64,000 nucleotides of DNA from Octopus vulgaris (GCA_951406725.2 OX597816.1:154442001-154506000), one strand, 5' to 3'. Shown: positions 36,351 through 51,337, counted from the first letter of the stretch. The notes: generated from the letters alone by a model not told the origin. A program made the numbers and translations.

Positions 36351-37735
36351 GGAGGATAGGAGGGTGTTGACAGACCAACAACATCGCTATTGGCAAGAGT
36401 TCAAAGTCACTGTTAATAAAATCATTAATAAAATTTGACATTGCACTTTTAGTTAGTTCTCTTTTCAGTTAATCCTTTTATCTGTCTATCGTATTTGTTT
36501 CAGTCATTGAACTGATGCAGAGGCATCACCTCGAAGGGTTTTGAGTAAATCGACCCCTGTACTGAAGTTTTTATTATTCATTCACAAAGCATTGATCAAC
36601 CTGGGGCTGTAATAAAAGATGTTTGCCCAACATGCTTTGGGACTGAGCCCCAAATTATGTGGTTGCAAAGTGAGCTTAACCACACAGCCTTGTTTGTGCC
36701 TCGGTATATAAACCATATAAACATCCTTTAATGCTCTGTGTGCTTGTATACATCTGAGGGACATTTGGTTACTATTTCTAGCAATCTCTGCAACAATGTA
36801 GACGGTCCCCCATTAGCATGCTTTTGTTGCTTGTGTGTATATCATCATTATCATTGTTTTAACGCACATCATTCTATTCTTGCTTGGGTCAGTCAGAAAT
36901 CTCCAAAGTAGATTTTCTATGGCCTGATTCTCTTCCTTGTTGGTGCTCATGTTGATGGTGGTAGTGGTGGTACTTCACTAGAAATGAGTGCATTTTATAC
37001 CAAATAAACATTTCAGGTGTATAACAATAAACAAGAAATAGTTGACTCATAAAAGAAATGACTAGATTGATGATGATTAAATAAATGAGGTGATAGTAAT
37101 GATGGTGATGATGATGAAAACTCCTGACACTGCCAGGGAGCCTTTTTGACAATTAGTTAAGAATGTAGTGACAAGGTCAGACAGAAATCTGGCATAGAAT
37201 GCTCTTGAATTCCATAAATCATCCCTACCCAACAATTGCTTCAGGAAGTAAGAGCTGTATCGTCATGGTGTGCCCCTGTTCCATATCCATTCACAGGTTA
37301 TTGGTTGGACTTGGGTTATAGTAGAAGATACTCACCCAAGGTGCTGTGCAGTGGGACTGAACCTGAAATCACATGGTTGCACAGTGAGGTTTTTAACTAT
37401 ATAACCATGCTTGTACCTAATTATGTTGCTATGATTTTGGTTTTGTGGTATCCAGTGCTAACAATTGTAATGTAACTTGGTAATAAACATGAAGTAAACT
37501 CTGCTATTACCTTTTCTTCTCTATCTTTCTATTTTCTTAATGTAAAATTTGAAACTAAAATTTTTCATTTTTTTTTTAACCTATTTAGAAAACCTATTAT
37601 CTACTAGTGAGGTCTAATTCATTTTTAATATCCAGGAAGCTAATTCATGCTAATTGGTAATTAAGGCTAAATGCTTTAAGTAGGCATTCAGTCACTAGGT
37701 CAGGGATTGACTGATAGTGTGATAGGGACAATTAA

Positions 37736-37949
37736 CTCTTTAGTATTTAGATTACTCAGTCAAATATAATGCTTATTTATTTACATTATTTTAATCATGC
37801 ATTATCTCATAGCTTAGTCACTTCAATGATGTGATTATTTATTTTAGAATGTCACTGTAGGGTTATTGTGAAAGGCCAAATGGGATCAGTTTGAACATAA
37901 AACAGGTATAATATTTGGGCTAGACATGACCGGTTTAAATGCTAAAGGG
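37736..37949. mobile_element. piggyBac-type MITE
   Basis: TTAA TSD at 37732 and 37950; TIRs CTCTTTAGTATTTA and TAAATGCTAAAGGG. Confidence 0.8.
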
Positions 37950-38628
37950 TTAAGAAAAAAAGGTAAATGGGGGACAAATATATTTTCAGTTCATGGGTAA
38001 GAAACCTGACATTGTAAAGCCAAATGTGACATTTTCAGGTACTAGTTGTGGCCTAATAGCTATTTTCCTGCAAGTCTTAAATCTCTCTTTTTCATTTATT
38101 TTCATTCTAGTAAGGGCATTCTTGTTGCAGCATGGGCTAAATATATACAAAATAAAGGTATTTGATATTATGCATATGAGATTATTAGTGGCACACCAGA
38201 AAATTCTTTGTAATTTATCTGTTTGCATTCTATGTTAAATTAATTCCCTTTTCCACTTAGCCTTTAATCCTTCTAAGGTTGATAAATAAGTATTAATTGA
38301 TAAAATTCATACAGAGGTCAATGTAATCATCTACTCTATAGATCATGCTTCAATATGGCTCCAGTTCAATGACTGAAACCAATAAATGTACAAAAGAATT
38401 TAGTTTCTCTGTTCTTAGTTAAAATCTCTCTGGGGGTTGATTTTTGCCTCCCATCTCTCCAGGATTGATAAAAATTCATAAATAATAAACTTAGGTTGAT
38501 TCAATCAACTTTGGTGACCACCTCTGTATATTTATGCTGTATCACTGGTATTGCATTATCCCAGGAATAGGTAGTTAACTTACAATGTAGAACTGAAATG
38601 ATCAAGCCAGTAAGGTATTGATCTAGAT

Positions 38629-38969
38629 CAGGGGTTCTCAACCATTTTTTATCTATAGACCCCTTTAATTACTATTTTACTCAGGTGGACCCCCATAGCC
38701 ATTTGATGTTTAAAAACTAGTTTCATAGAAACTTCTTCCAAAATTCTTATTTTGTTTTTCACACATTTACTTGTTTAGAGTGAATGATGTAAAATGTTAG
38801 AAAATGAAATCTAGGCATTTCTTGCAATACATATATCTAAAGCAAAATTTGTTTAGGGGTCCTTAAAATTCTATTGTGGATCTCCTATTTACTATTTTGT
38901 TACATGGACCCCACAAAAATTTTATATGGACCCTCAGGGGCCATATGCACTCTGGTTTGAGAACCACTG
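38629..38969. mobile_element. hAT (Charlie-type) MITE
   Basis: TIRs CAGGGGTTCTCAA and TTGAGAACCACTG; 8-bp TSD ATCTAGAT at 38621-38628 and 38970-38977. Confidence 0.93.
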
Positions 38970-39789
38970 ATCTAGATCATCATGAATTGTAAGTTCAGAT
39001 CCACTGCATGCTATATTTCCTATATTATTTTAGTTCATTTAGCTGTTACAAATACGTACCAGGTCTTGGAGTGTAGCCAGTGATGGATTGGCATTCTATC
39101 AAAGGAAAGATGTATTTCTTAATTTACAGGACAACATAAAACAGGAACTTTGTACTGACTTCCAAGTGTCCCATGTAGTCTTTTAGATATTTCATTTTAA
39201 CTCTCAATAGTATAATTCACATTTGCAGGGAGCACTAAATAATTGATGATTGCTTTGATTTATTGCAGTCTTGAGTTGAAAATAATATTTCCTTGGCTCA
39301 AAGACAGGCGGTTCCTTTAAAAGCTAAAGGCATCACCTTACAGTGACCTAAATATTTTTATTAGTAGTCACCTTGTTGGAGACTAGCTTTAGATTTACAT
39401 GGGCCCCAATTTAGTAAATAAATTCTGCTCATACTCTAAGCTACCTTAACTACATCTGAGGCTTGTAAGGCAAAACAATTTTTTACCATGAGGATAGTCC
39501 TTACTTTATGTTGATTGACCCAAAAGATCTTCCTTTTGTTGTCTTGTAATCTTTTTATCCTTCTTGTTGTACAGCCTCTTGTTAGTCCTAACAGAGCAGG
39601 TGTATGATCGAAGATGTTCCCACCTTGACCACTCCATCTTGATGTATGTCCACAACTGCTTTACTCAATATGTCCTTTCTCTTTTGAGAGAGTAGTCTGT
39701 GTTCCGAGGAAGATTTGGCTACTGTCTATTTTTAGCAAGTTGACTGACCACAAAAAAGCCTTTTTAAAAAATTTTTTTTTTGTATCTTA

Positions 39790-40137
39790 GTTGTGGCCGG
39801 TGTCAGTGTCGTGTAAATGGCACCCATGCCAGCAGCATGTAAAAAGCACTGTTCAAACGTTGGACCTCTCAGAGGCAGTGACAAGTGACTGAGACTTTTG
39901 GCAATATACCATGCTTGAGAAGACTTGTCAAATCAAGTGAGATTGTGGTTGTGGCCAATGCTGGTGTTGAATGACTGGCACCCACTATGAGTGGTTGGCA
40001 TGGAAGGGTATCCAGCCATAGAAATCACACCAAATCAGGTTGGAACCTGGTGCAGCTCCTCAGCTTACCAGTTTACAATCAAACTGTCCAACCCATGCTA
40101 GCATGTAAAATGGACGTTAAATGGCGATGATGATAAT
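39790..40137 (+). mobile_element. RTE 3' UTR fragment
   Basis: Matches 20550-20974. Confidence 0.85.
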
Positions 40138-41939
40138 GTAAATGACTGACTAAATTTTACACGTAATCTTTGGTCATGATTATATTGTGGATGGTAAACA
40201 CTCAACTGCACAGTATTTAAGTTGATGGAGAAGTGTTGGCTCTTAAGACTTAGCTACCCAATTCAAAGAAACTTTTAATAGCTGCTTAAGTCTCTCACAA
40301 CTAACTGTTGCCAGTTGCTACTACCATGTAATTATCATGTCAATGGTTCTGTGGGGAGGCAACAGCTGTGCTTATACACACACTTGCATATAAACATATA
40401 TATATATATACACACACACACATATACATACATATGTATATATATGTATGTATGTATACCTACATTCATAAACATATATTTTCTTCAAATGTTATTTAAT
40501 TAACCTAATATTTATTCTACTTTCCTTCCATTTTCATCCCCACCTCTTTCAGCCAGATAAAATATATTTGAAGAGAAAGACATCTATTCTGTACTACACT
40601 TGCTTCAAGTTACTGACTTCAGGCAAGACATATGACTCTGTTTAATTAAAATGTAAAGCAGGTAAGATGATAGTCAACTGTGTAGGCCTGTAACTATTCA
40701 AGTGTATATTATCTTAAATCTCACTTTAGTCAGTATATGATTTATGTATTCTGGTTGATTCCATTGATTATGCATCCTTCTGATACTGAGAAACTTGGTA
40801 GGCTCTGTTCTGGTTTTAGGTTAACTATTCCCAGATAATTTGCATCCTAGTCTTGAATGCTAAATGAACTTTGTCGAGGCCTAGAAATAATAACATACCT
40901 GCAGAAGATTTAAACTCATGGCCTATAACTAAGTAGTCCAATTTGTATCTGTCTTACTTGAATTATTATATTCATTTCAAATACAATTGCTTTATATATC
41001 AGACCTTTAAGTAAAATACAACCAAAGCATAATCTTGTATGATTACTAAGTGTTCATATATCATTACATTGGAAAATATAGTGAGGCTATGTTTTGCTGA
41101 TGGGATCAGAATAAGAACAAAACATGTCTCCTGTACATGCACCCCTCCCACACACACACACACACAAAAACAGTGACTAATATGGTTTTTAATTCACAAC
41201 ATAATTATTTCTAGTTAACTTTTTAACCCACCTTGCATTGAATATGTTAGCACTAACTTATTCTTTTTATTTTTAGCCTAGCTATATGTATTGTTATCAC
41301 TGAATTTATTTCAAGCGACACACAATACTGTATTTATTTTGATTTACTTAAAAGCAAGCTATTGACTACATGTAAAAATGAATAAGCACAATAAATATCT
41401 CCAAATGCCTGGGGAAATCCCGAGACCTGTTGCTTAGCTCTGGTTCATGACATTAAGCAGGTTTTCAGTAGTGTGCCCAGTAGGCTGTTACACTTCTGTG
41501 TATGCATGTATATTATATATACATGAGTATGTCTGTAAATGTATTTGTAAATTTAATTTCTATTCTTCATTTTATCTTTTTTCTTTTTCTGTTTTATCCT
41601 ATTTTATTCTGCAATATATTCTTGCCATTCTGTTCTATTGTTTCTGAAAAAAAGTGTTGTATATTTTTCTATAAAGGGATTTTCAAAAGAATTTTGAATC
41701 TTTATGAACATTTTTTTCCCAATCAGCCCATTATATAAGGTGAATTGCTGTCCAGCTGTCACAACTGATTTAGGATCAGGAATGTAAAATTAGTAGCTGT
41801 AATTTGTGAAGTTGGAACTTCAAAGTAAAAACTATGAATTTAATTAATTGTAGAGAGTATGTGTTAAAAAATCTAGTTTGGAAAAGCATGAGTGTATCTA
41901 ATACATATATGTATGGGAGTGTATGTGTCCCCCCCCCTT

Positions 41940-42125
41940 ACTTATTTCAGTCATTAGACTGTGGCCTACTTGGGCACCACCTTCAACAATTTTAGTTGAA
42001 TGAATTGATCCCAGTATTTACATTTTTAATCCTGGTGCTTATTCTATCAGTTTCTTTCGCCAAACCATTAAGTTATGGAGGACATAAACACACCGACAAT
42101 TATTGTCAAATTGTGGTGATGAGAA
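41940..42125 (-). mobile_element. SINE 3' half with a CR1-like tail
   Basis: tttcagtcattagactgtggcc...gcaccaccttc; matches the reverse complement of 57590-57790. Confidence 0.7.
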
Positions 42126-42271
42126 CAAACACACACACACACACTCATACTCATACACACATCTTTTTTTTATTATCCCCAAATATATGAATTTGAACAC
42201 TGGCATAAAACTATGTCATGAAGGTAACACCCAGCATCACACACACTCACTGTGTAGATGCAGACAGCTGT

Positions 42272-42306
<35 letters not shown>

Positions 42307-42358
42307 GAGGAAAATAGAACAAAGTAGAAAATGCTAAAATAATTTTATCATGAAGAAC

Positions 42359-42402
42359 ATTTTAGTACCGGTTTCAGTCTTTGTGACTTTTTCAACTTAG
42401 AG
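42359..42402 (-). ncRNA. Hammerhead-like motif with a U3-A8 core in the inverted pLTR upstream of a PLE
   Basis: ctaag-TTGAAAA-AGTC-acaaa-GACT-GAAAC-CG-GTA-ctaaa; stem I only partly paired. Confidence 0.55.
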
Positions 42403-42469
42403 TAAAGCATGAAAAACAGTTAAATTATGGAAAAATTAAATGAAATGTTTTTTAAAAATTATTTCCATA

Positions 42470-44060
42470 GTTTTCAATTACTCCAATGAACTTCCACATT
42501 GCATCAAAAAAAAAATTGTAATAGAAAGGCTAAAATTCATCTTGGAGAATAACTTCTTCGTCTTCAAAGACAACTTCTATCAACAAAAATCAGGGACTGC
42601 AATGGGTACGAGAATGGCTCCCATCTTTTTTGCTAACCTAGTCACGGGATATCTAGAAATCAGTCTTTATTGTAAGGTACTAGAAAAATATGGCAACACA
42701 TTCTCCCTCTACATAGAAAATAACTGGAAGAGGTATCTGGATGACTGCTTCATTCTTTGGCATGACAGTACAGAGAAACTTAAAGAATTTCAAATACTTA
42801 GAAATGGACTTTACATAAACATTCAATTTACCCTAACAACTTGCATTCCTTGACATTCTTAAGAAATCCAACAATAAAATAGAAACAGATATATACTCTA
42901 AGCCTACAGACTCCAAGCAGTATCTACTGTTCAACTCATGCCATCCCAGACACACTAGAATGAATATCCCCTTCAACCTGGCAAAAAGGATTTGTACTAT
43001 AGTTTCTAATACAAACACCAGGGACACACCACTTCATGAACTAAAGGATACACTCATCAGCAGGAATTACCCACCATCACTAATTGATATAGGCTTTCAA
43101 CGTGCCCTACAACTCAACATCCACAAACTCAGCCATCCCAAACTAAAGAAGGATTTATGGGTAAAAGCCCTACCATACATCTCCACACACAACCCACTTA
43201 ACAATGGAGCTTTTGACACCATCCTCCAGAAAATTTCCCTACTAAAAAGGGATCACAATGAATTTAATTCTCCAAATGCACACCATCACAACGAGCAAAA
43301 GACAACCCAAGTCTATGAAAAATCTCCTAACACAAGCTCAAGTACACTTTGCAACAATACTGAAGCTGTCAGTAAAAGAATGTGGAAGGGCTAACTGTGG
43401 TATATACATCAATCTAATTGAGGGATCAGAATTCCCTTTCAAACAGGGCCAATGTTTTACAGTAAAAAAGAACTTCATATGTGCTTTGCAAAACCTAATA
43501 TGCGTATTAACTTGCTCAGGGTGTCAAGAGCAGTACATAGGCCAAACCAGAAAATGTCTACGCCAAAGGATGACCCTACATAGATCCCAGATTAAAATTT
43601 GGGAATACAGAAAAAAAGCGTTCAGCGAACACATTGACATTTGCACCACTAACGAACAACCCAACTTTGGAATTTTTCCCCTCTATAAATTCAGGGATGA
43701 CGCAACCTATAATAGGCGCATTAGCAAAGAGTCATAGTTTATCGCAAAATATAAACCTCTTTTGAATGCTTCCACCACAAATGACACTACTACAAAGGCC
43801 TTAGAATAATATCCATGCAAATATTTAAAATATATTCAGAACAGTCATTACCCATAAATTTATTCAGAACAATTCCAATCATTACTACTATAGCCACAAC
43901 AGGTCACTTTTAAGTTACTTGACCATTTAAGAGGACTCCACCAATACTATTTAGCTTTCCATCAACTTTAACTAGAGGGCCAACACCAAAGGTACTAAAT
44001 ACCACCCACACCATCACTCCCCCCCCTGCTTGCGCCTTAAATTTATTTTCGCCAGTGTAT
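42470..44060 (+). mobile_element. Penelope-like element (Neptune-like): RT and GIY-YIG, frameshifted
   Basis: YQQKSGTAMGTRMAP..ANL, WKRYLDDCF, NIPFNLAKRICTI, CGRANCGI, NLICVLTCSGCQEQYIGQT..LRQRMTLH. Confidence 0.95.
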
Positions 44061-44134
44061 ACTATTTTTGAGATATTTCAGTTACCCACAAACATCCCTT
44101 GAGTTTTAGCTTATCAAGATACACACACAGACAT

Positions 44135-44506
44135 ATTGGGTTGTGTGGTAAGAAGTTTGCTTCCTAGCCACATGGTTCCATGCTCAGTCTCTTTGGATGA
44201 CATCTTTGGGAAGTATCTTGTACTGTACCCTCAGAGACTGAAAAAAGCCTGTTGTATGTGTACATACCATCATCATTATCACTTAACATCTGTTTTTTTT
44301 TTATGCTGGCATGTGTTGTGTGTCTTTGTATTTCTGTTTGTTCCCCAACATTGATGACCAGTGTTGGTTTGTTTATATTCCCGTAACTGAGTAGTTCAGC
44401 AAAAGAAACTCCTAAAATAAATACTGGGGTCGAATTGTTAAATTGAAAATCCCTCAGCATGGTACCTCAGCATGGTTGCAGGTCAATGACTGAAACAAGC
44501 AAAAGA
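44135..44506 (+). mobile_element. tRNA/CORE-like SINE (family B), degenerate
   Basis: gttgtgtggtaagaagtttgcttcc head and cagcatgg...gactgaaacaag tail. Confidence 0.7.
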
Positions 44507-46154
44507 TGGTTCACACGCACGCACACACACACACATGCACGCACGCACACACACACACACACACACACACATTAGGTATTATATTACCAGTTTGGGATTT
44601 GAAAAGACTAACAAGCCTGCTGATAAATCTTGATGTGAATATATTGGTTGCTTTGCAAATTGGATACAAAATTTCGCAACAGAGTACCTCCAAATCTCTC
44701 ATTTCAAATTAAGTCGTATGAATCTTTCTTTTTGCTATTTTTAACTGTTCTAATTTATCTGTACAAGATATTTTATCAGCTAATTATTGCCAGCAGGATA
44801 GGCTATTCAACTATGTCCAACACAGTGAGGTGTCCTACCTCAATTTGATGTTTGTGCTAATAATTAACCTCTGCAATCAAATTATGAACAAGTTATAGAC
44901 TCCAATTTGAGACAGGAAGGAATACCAGGCCCATTGATGGTATTCAAACCATTTATAATTAAATAGATAGATAATCCAGTTTATATTACACATACATTCT
45001 TTTAATATTTTAATGGTTTAGTCATTGGACTGCACTTGTATTAGAACATTGTTTTCAGAAGTTTTGATTTTATTAGCTTCTAGTACTTTAGTTTTTACTT
45101 TATTGATTCCTGAACGTAGAATGGTAAAATAAACCTGAGGGTAAATAGTACAAAATGTGACAGGTAATTTTACTTGGACTAATACTGCTAACAGGAAGAG
45201 CATCTGACCTTGGAAAATCTACTTTAATGAATTCTGTCTGACCTGTGCAGTTATAGGAAAAAGGATGTTAAAACAATTATTATATATGAATATAGTGTTT
45301 ATGCATATTTTGCATTGAGATTTGACATTTATTTTATTGTATAATTATTAACCAATAAATTCAGTGATAAAAATCTGATTGTATTTTTAAAACCTTAATG
45401 GTCAATGACATTGTGTATATAGTGTTATTGAACACTCTTTCGTTAATTGTATTCTTTCAGTTTTCCAAGGTTGATATAAAAAAAAATTAGTAGTCACGTA
45501 CTAGGGTCAATTCTTTCTCTGAATTGATTATGGTGTGCTGTGACACCTTGTCTCAAATGAAGGGGCTACCAAACCTTTTTCATAGTATAACTGTTACTGC
45601 TGCTATTAGATCTGTCCAATTGTAGATCAAATTACTGTTGCCTGGTATGAACAAAAAAACAAAACAGAAGTATTTATATATATAATCTCCAGATATAATG
45701 AGAAAAAAGAACATGGACTTGATCTTGATACTCCTTTATTTCATCTGTTACATATGTTTTAGTATTTGGTCGCATGATATCACACTATAAATGCATCTCA
45801 TAAGGGCAGCATGCATAAGCAATCATTGCTCTAGGTGGATAAATGAGTGATATTAGAAATATGAGTCACAAACATGCAGTAACCAAATTTGAATACTTGA
45901 AGTATAAGGATTAGAAGTGGGAGGGGTTATAGTGGGATCATGAATCCCACAACCACTAATGTGGACTGATATTGGTAAGAATTGTGGTGAATGCTTACTA
46001 GAGTTTGGGGACATAGGTCACACTTAGGTGATGTTATAAGGAAGGAGGGGGCGAGTAAGTTGATAACACATCAGGTAACTGGCAAGGCATTTTGGAGGCA
46101 ATAAACAAACACCACAAGAGTTTATAGCATCATCACTATTATATATATATGTCA

Positions 46155-46312
46155 TGTAAGGCTTCTTACAGTTTCTGCCTACCAAATCCTCTCTCAAGGT
46201 TTTGGTCAGTCCAGGGTTATAATAGACATTTGCCCAAGACACCAGGCAGGGAGGCTAAGCCTGAAACCATGTAGTTGGAAGCAAAGTTCTTAACAACATG
46301 GCTATTTCTTTG
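46155..46312 (-). mobile_element. SINE family B, 5' half
   Basis: Reverse complement of the head, plus ttgggcaaatgtct core. Confidence 0.7.
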
Positions 46313-49189
46313 CCTGTTAACACACACACACGAGTGAGAGAGAGAATTTGATGTATATGTGTGGGTGTATGTGTGTGTGTATATCTAAATATGTACATTC
46401 ATATGCACACTCTCCTACAGATGTACATAGCATACATAATATATATATAAATATATCTGTGTGTATACATACACACATGCATACACACTCACGTTGCCAT
46501 TTGTGAGTAATATTATTAACCTGTTTTCTTCAGAAGGAAAAAAGGAAGGATTGATGGTGTAATAGTTGTAACTTGTTAGTCTGGACTGGTTAGTGTGCTG
46601 CTCAGGAGTGGTTTGAAGCATTAGTATTGAGTTCAGACCTATTGAAGGTTAATTTTACATTTTATCTTTGAAAATCCCATGGCGTGTGTATGCACATGTA
46701 ACAATATGTAAAGGTAAAACTCTGTGTGTGTTTTAAATTGTTTTAGATTTTATTCATCCACACAGTCCTCTCTCTCGTAATTTCAAGTAGTTGGTGACAC
46801 ATAATGACAATAACACCCTGAGTAACTACTTCAGGAGGATGAACCAGGTGAAGGTAGTTAGGGGTAGCTAGTGAACCAAGGACTGCATTGCTAGGTGAAA
46901 GAAATACGAAGTGAATATATTGGTCAAGAAATCTGTGGTTGTTTAGCCACGGGTCATCCATGATTGAGCAAACTATGGATCAAAGGCATTCCATCTGTGA
47001 CCAGCCTATCTCTTTTTTTCTCACATAATTTATAATTGTTTTATATACACTCTGAATACATCCCATTCTTTTTTTAATAGACAATTAAATGTGGTTTGAG
47101 AGAGATTAAGCTGCTATTTTGGCAGCTTGAGAAACCATGTCTCTTTTTGTTGAGAAGTTTGTTTCATATGGCTGTGTGAACATTGTGGAAGAACAAAAAC
47201 AATGGTATGCTTATTCACTTCAGATAAAGTTGGTCTAGGATGGTTCTCTCCACCATTGAACCTTGGCTTATGATGCAGAGAAATGAACTGCTTCTACAGT
47301 GGCTCAACTATTTTGAAGTTCTTCTTGTACAAGTTTCTAAATGATCTCTTTGACTTACTTTACTCTTGGAGTGTGTTTTTACTGAAAGTGCATTAATTTT
47401 CTTGCAGTTTGAAGTTGGTTGAAGAATATTTCAAATACAGGCTATCTGAGATACTGCCTTTGACAAAAACTTGTTGCCTTTGTCAAAAACCTATTAATTC
47501 ATATTGCAAGATTCCTGATGTGAAATCGTGTGTTGAAACATATTCTTGTATTTCGAGATGGTCATTTTTTTTTTTGCCAAATAAAACCCATATATTTTTT
47601 CTTCACTCATTTATTACTATTCTTATTTTATTATCCTAACTCTTGTCCATTGTCCAGAAATCTTTGGAATAATTGGAGCAGGAACACACACAAAAATGAA
47701 AAGTGTCGCTGAAGAGGTCACAGATGTGTGAAGAAAGATTTCTAGTCAATGGACATAAGTTAAAATAATAAAATAAGAACTGTAATAAATGAGTGAAGGA
47801 AAACTATATAGTGCATGTGTTTATTTGGCAAAAAAAAAAGACTATTCCCAAATATACAACAATAAGATTTATCATAGTTATAAGAATCTTATAGAAACTG
47901 TTGTAACATTAATCCAATCATATGCAATTCTCATGTTTCACATAACTTGTGAAAAACAAGACACTACACTAAAGTTAGGTAGATGACTCTATTGCCTATA
48001 ATTGTTGATTTATTTAAATATTGTGTCTTATATTTGTGATAAGAAAACTTTATTGAATAGAAGAATAAGACACAAGAAGTAGTAGCCTGGCATATGTTCC
48101 TCTATCAATAGTTGACTTTCAGAACTCTATTTGCAAGTTATGAGTTAGACAACAGAAAAATGTACCGTACCCACATATAACTACTGAGCCCTGGCCTCAT
48201 TGAAATTAACGGATCATTAACATCTCTATTGATGTCCTTTTTTGTAACTCTTGTATCCACTTCTATGTACACCTGACCTCTGTTACTGTATATCTTCTAC
48301 ACAATGCCACCTCCCTCAATACTGTACCTCCACTCTGAGAAGGGGTGTTGTCTGCTACTTGGTAACACTACTAGTGTTGATGCCATGCAAAGAGCACCTA
48401 GTACACTCTGTAAAGTGCTTGGCATTAGGAAGGGTATCTAGTCATAGAAACCTTGTTAAAACTGTGGTTTTAGGTATGATTTCACTGTGTGACACCTTAT
48501 GCAAGCCCTGTTGACTACAATTTTAGATTGACCAATATCTTGCAATAAGAATTTGATAAGTAGAAGCTAAAGAAGCCTGTTGTTTGTTTGTGTGTGTAAA
48601 TCTTGCTAATGTAAATCAACAAAAAATATAAACTTTATTTAGAAAAATCTAGACCTAGTGCATTAGGAATGAAGTTCTTTGAGATACTAATGAGTTACAG
48701 ATATTCCCTTGTTTCTTCAGAAATTCAGGGAACCACTTTTTGACTCTTGGAAACCCTGTAACCAATGATGGTATTTAATATATATATATATATATATTTA
48801 TTCACTGCTGGCCTTTTATGGTTATTTTGGAAGTGAATTTTTTGTTGTACTTGTCAAAGTTGTGTAATGAGTGAATCATTAAGTACAAGATTGTTCATAG
48901 AAAAATAGGATTGGTTAGAAATTAAATGAGTCATAGGTGCTGTTTGCATGACACAAAAATTGGTAAGTTAAAGTACTTAATGCATGGAGTATTAAAAGGT
49001 AAAATATTAAAAAGTTAAAATTCTAATAAATATGTAAATACAGAAGGTAACATGAGACATGTTCCATTCTTATCACATCTCATGAACAAAGTATAGTAAC
49101 TATATATTTTAAAGGAGAGATAACTGAATTGCTAAGTTAACATACAAGTTTGTACTTTTATTGTTTTAGGGTAACAGAATTATTTAGTT

Positions 49190-49532
49190 GTAGGCATGGA
49201 TATGTGGTTAAGAAGCTTGCTTTGCAACCATGTGGTTTTGAGTTCAGTCCCCTTTGAGCAAGTGTCTTTTACCATAGCCCTGGGTTGATCAATGCTGTGT
49301 GAGTGAATTTGAGAGGCAAAAACTATGTGGAAGCTTGTCATACAAACATACATATCTCTGTGTGTGTTTGTTTCCTTTCCATTGCTTGAGGAATGGTGTT
49401 AGTTTGTTTACATCCCTGTAACATAGAGGTTTGGCAAAATAGACTGAGAGCATAAGTAACTGACTTGAAAAAAAATATAGGGGTCAATTAATTTAACTAA
49501 ACCTTCAAGGTGGTGTCCCAGCATAGCTGCCT
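49190..49532 (+). mobile_element. SINE family B
   Basis: ggatatgtggttaagaagcttgc...gagttcagtcc...ttgagcaagtgtct...aaggtggtgtcccagcat. Confidence 0.8.
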
Positions 49533-51337
49533 TTCAGAAGAAAGATAACTGCAATGTCAGCAAATCATTATTCTATCACAGCCATTGTTTACTTGGTCTC
49601 TCTTTCTGTTATGCTACCAGAAAATGGAAAGAGAAAGCAGTGTCTATGCTGAGAGAGGTGGATGGGAGAGAGAAAGTGTTATGGAGATCAACTGAGAAGG
49701 AAGGGAGAAATAGCAGTCAGTCAGCTAGTGAATTGGGTAGTCAAGGGAGCAGACAATGAAAAAAGATGTAAAAAATGGAGCAAGGCTTGAAGTGAAAAGT
49801 TTAAGAATCAATGGAAGGATATAGAAATAAACCCTTGTCATATTTGAAGAATTATGCTTGTGTATGTGTGTGTGTGTGTGTATGCATGTGCATCAGTGTA
49901 TATGTATGTATGCAGTTTTGCCAGACATTGCACTAAAAATACAACATATAAATTGACAGTTGCAAAAATAACATTCCTGTTTCTGAGAGGGTCAAGGTTT
50001 TTCTTCTCTATTATATTAGAATTTTGAAGAATCTTAGTTTTTTTAAACTTCTCATGAAGAGATTGTAGTGAAGGTACTAAGGAGGAGCTGTTGAGATTCG
50101 TGAAGTGGATTTGGACTGGGTCACTTTTTAACCCTGCATTCCTACACAAACTAGTCATGGGCCACATCTAAAAGTTTGCATTGCTCTACCAAATTTATTG
50201 GCTTTTGACAAAATAACTAAAAACCAAATATTCCAAAATAGACTAATAGGAAAGAAATATACAGAAAAAAGACAAACAAAACAAAAAGAAAAATTGTTTT
50301 TGTACCAGCTGTGATCTAACCCATATGCTTTAAACAAAATATAAAACAAAAACTATAAAACAAAATATAAAACTAAAACAATAATGTACTAACATTAGGT
50401 CAAAAAATGCTATTACTACTATTATAATAATAATAAGTATTATTATTATTACTATTATAATAATGAATTTAATTATTGCATCAAAATGAGTAAAGAGTGT
50501 TGTTGATCAGATTCACATTGTTTACTCTGAAGTTGGAATGAAAATATTTATGAAGAATCAGTGTTGCCAGGCATTGCTTTGAAAACGAAAACTATAACAA
50601 GCCTAAATTATGTAGGTTAAAGTACATTTGAGAGCTACAGATGGTTGCTGTTTAGCCTTGATCAAGTAGACCTATCAAATGCATTCCAGACATAGTCTAT
50701 CTAGGACTGCTATCCAGAATCTTCTTTTTTAGGTGGCAAGTTGGAATTTGCTGGCGATTTGATTATCATTTCTAGTAGGCAGAGCAATCATGAAGAAGTT
50801 CTTTTTCTGGCTCATTATGGTAGTGTTTGTGTTGTTACTATATTACCCCAGGTCAGTTGTAATTGAGCAAATCTGTGATTAGACATTCCAGCTGTGACAC
50901 CAGCCCTTTATCCAGATATAATCTAAGGCCATGTCATTCAGTGTTCCTTTTCTTTTAAAGGTAGTAGTGTGCGATTTGGAGAAGATTTAGCTGCCATTTT
51001 TTAGCAGTTTGAGTGACCTAGCAGGGGCTCATTTATTAGTCAGAGGCAATTGAATTGGTAAGGTACTGGAGGAATATCATTTAGCTGTCAGTGATTTGTG
51101 TCCCATTGATGCCACTGTGCCTCAGTCCCTGCACTGGTAATGATCTACATCATAAATTGGATAGGCAATTACAAATAGAAGAGGTCTCTACTTGTATGAA
51201 GTGGAATGAAGTTGACTAATATTACAGTTTGGATCATTTATGAGAAACTATTGTTGAAAGTGGTCATATGTCTTGTGACTTTCTCTCTCTCTCTGTCATC
51301 CTCTCTGTCTCATCACAGCCTTACCTTCCCATCTTTT

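Noticed and set aside
47409-47639. Cys-rich 76-aa ORF after TTGCAG, and a CTGATG...GAAAC motif
   Set aside because: No recognisable domain or donor site, and the HHR stems do not pair.
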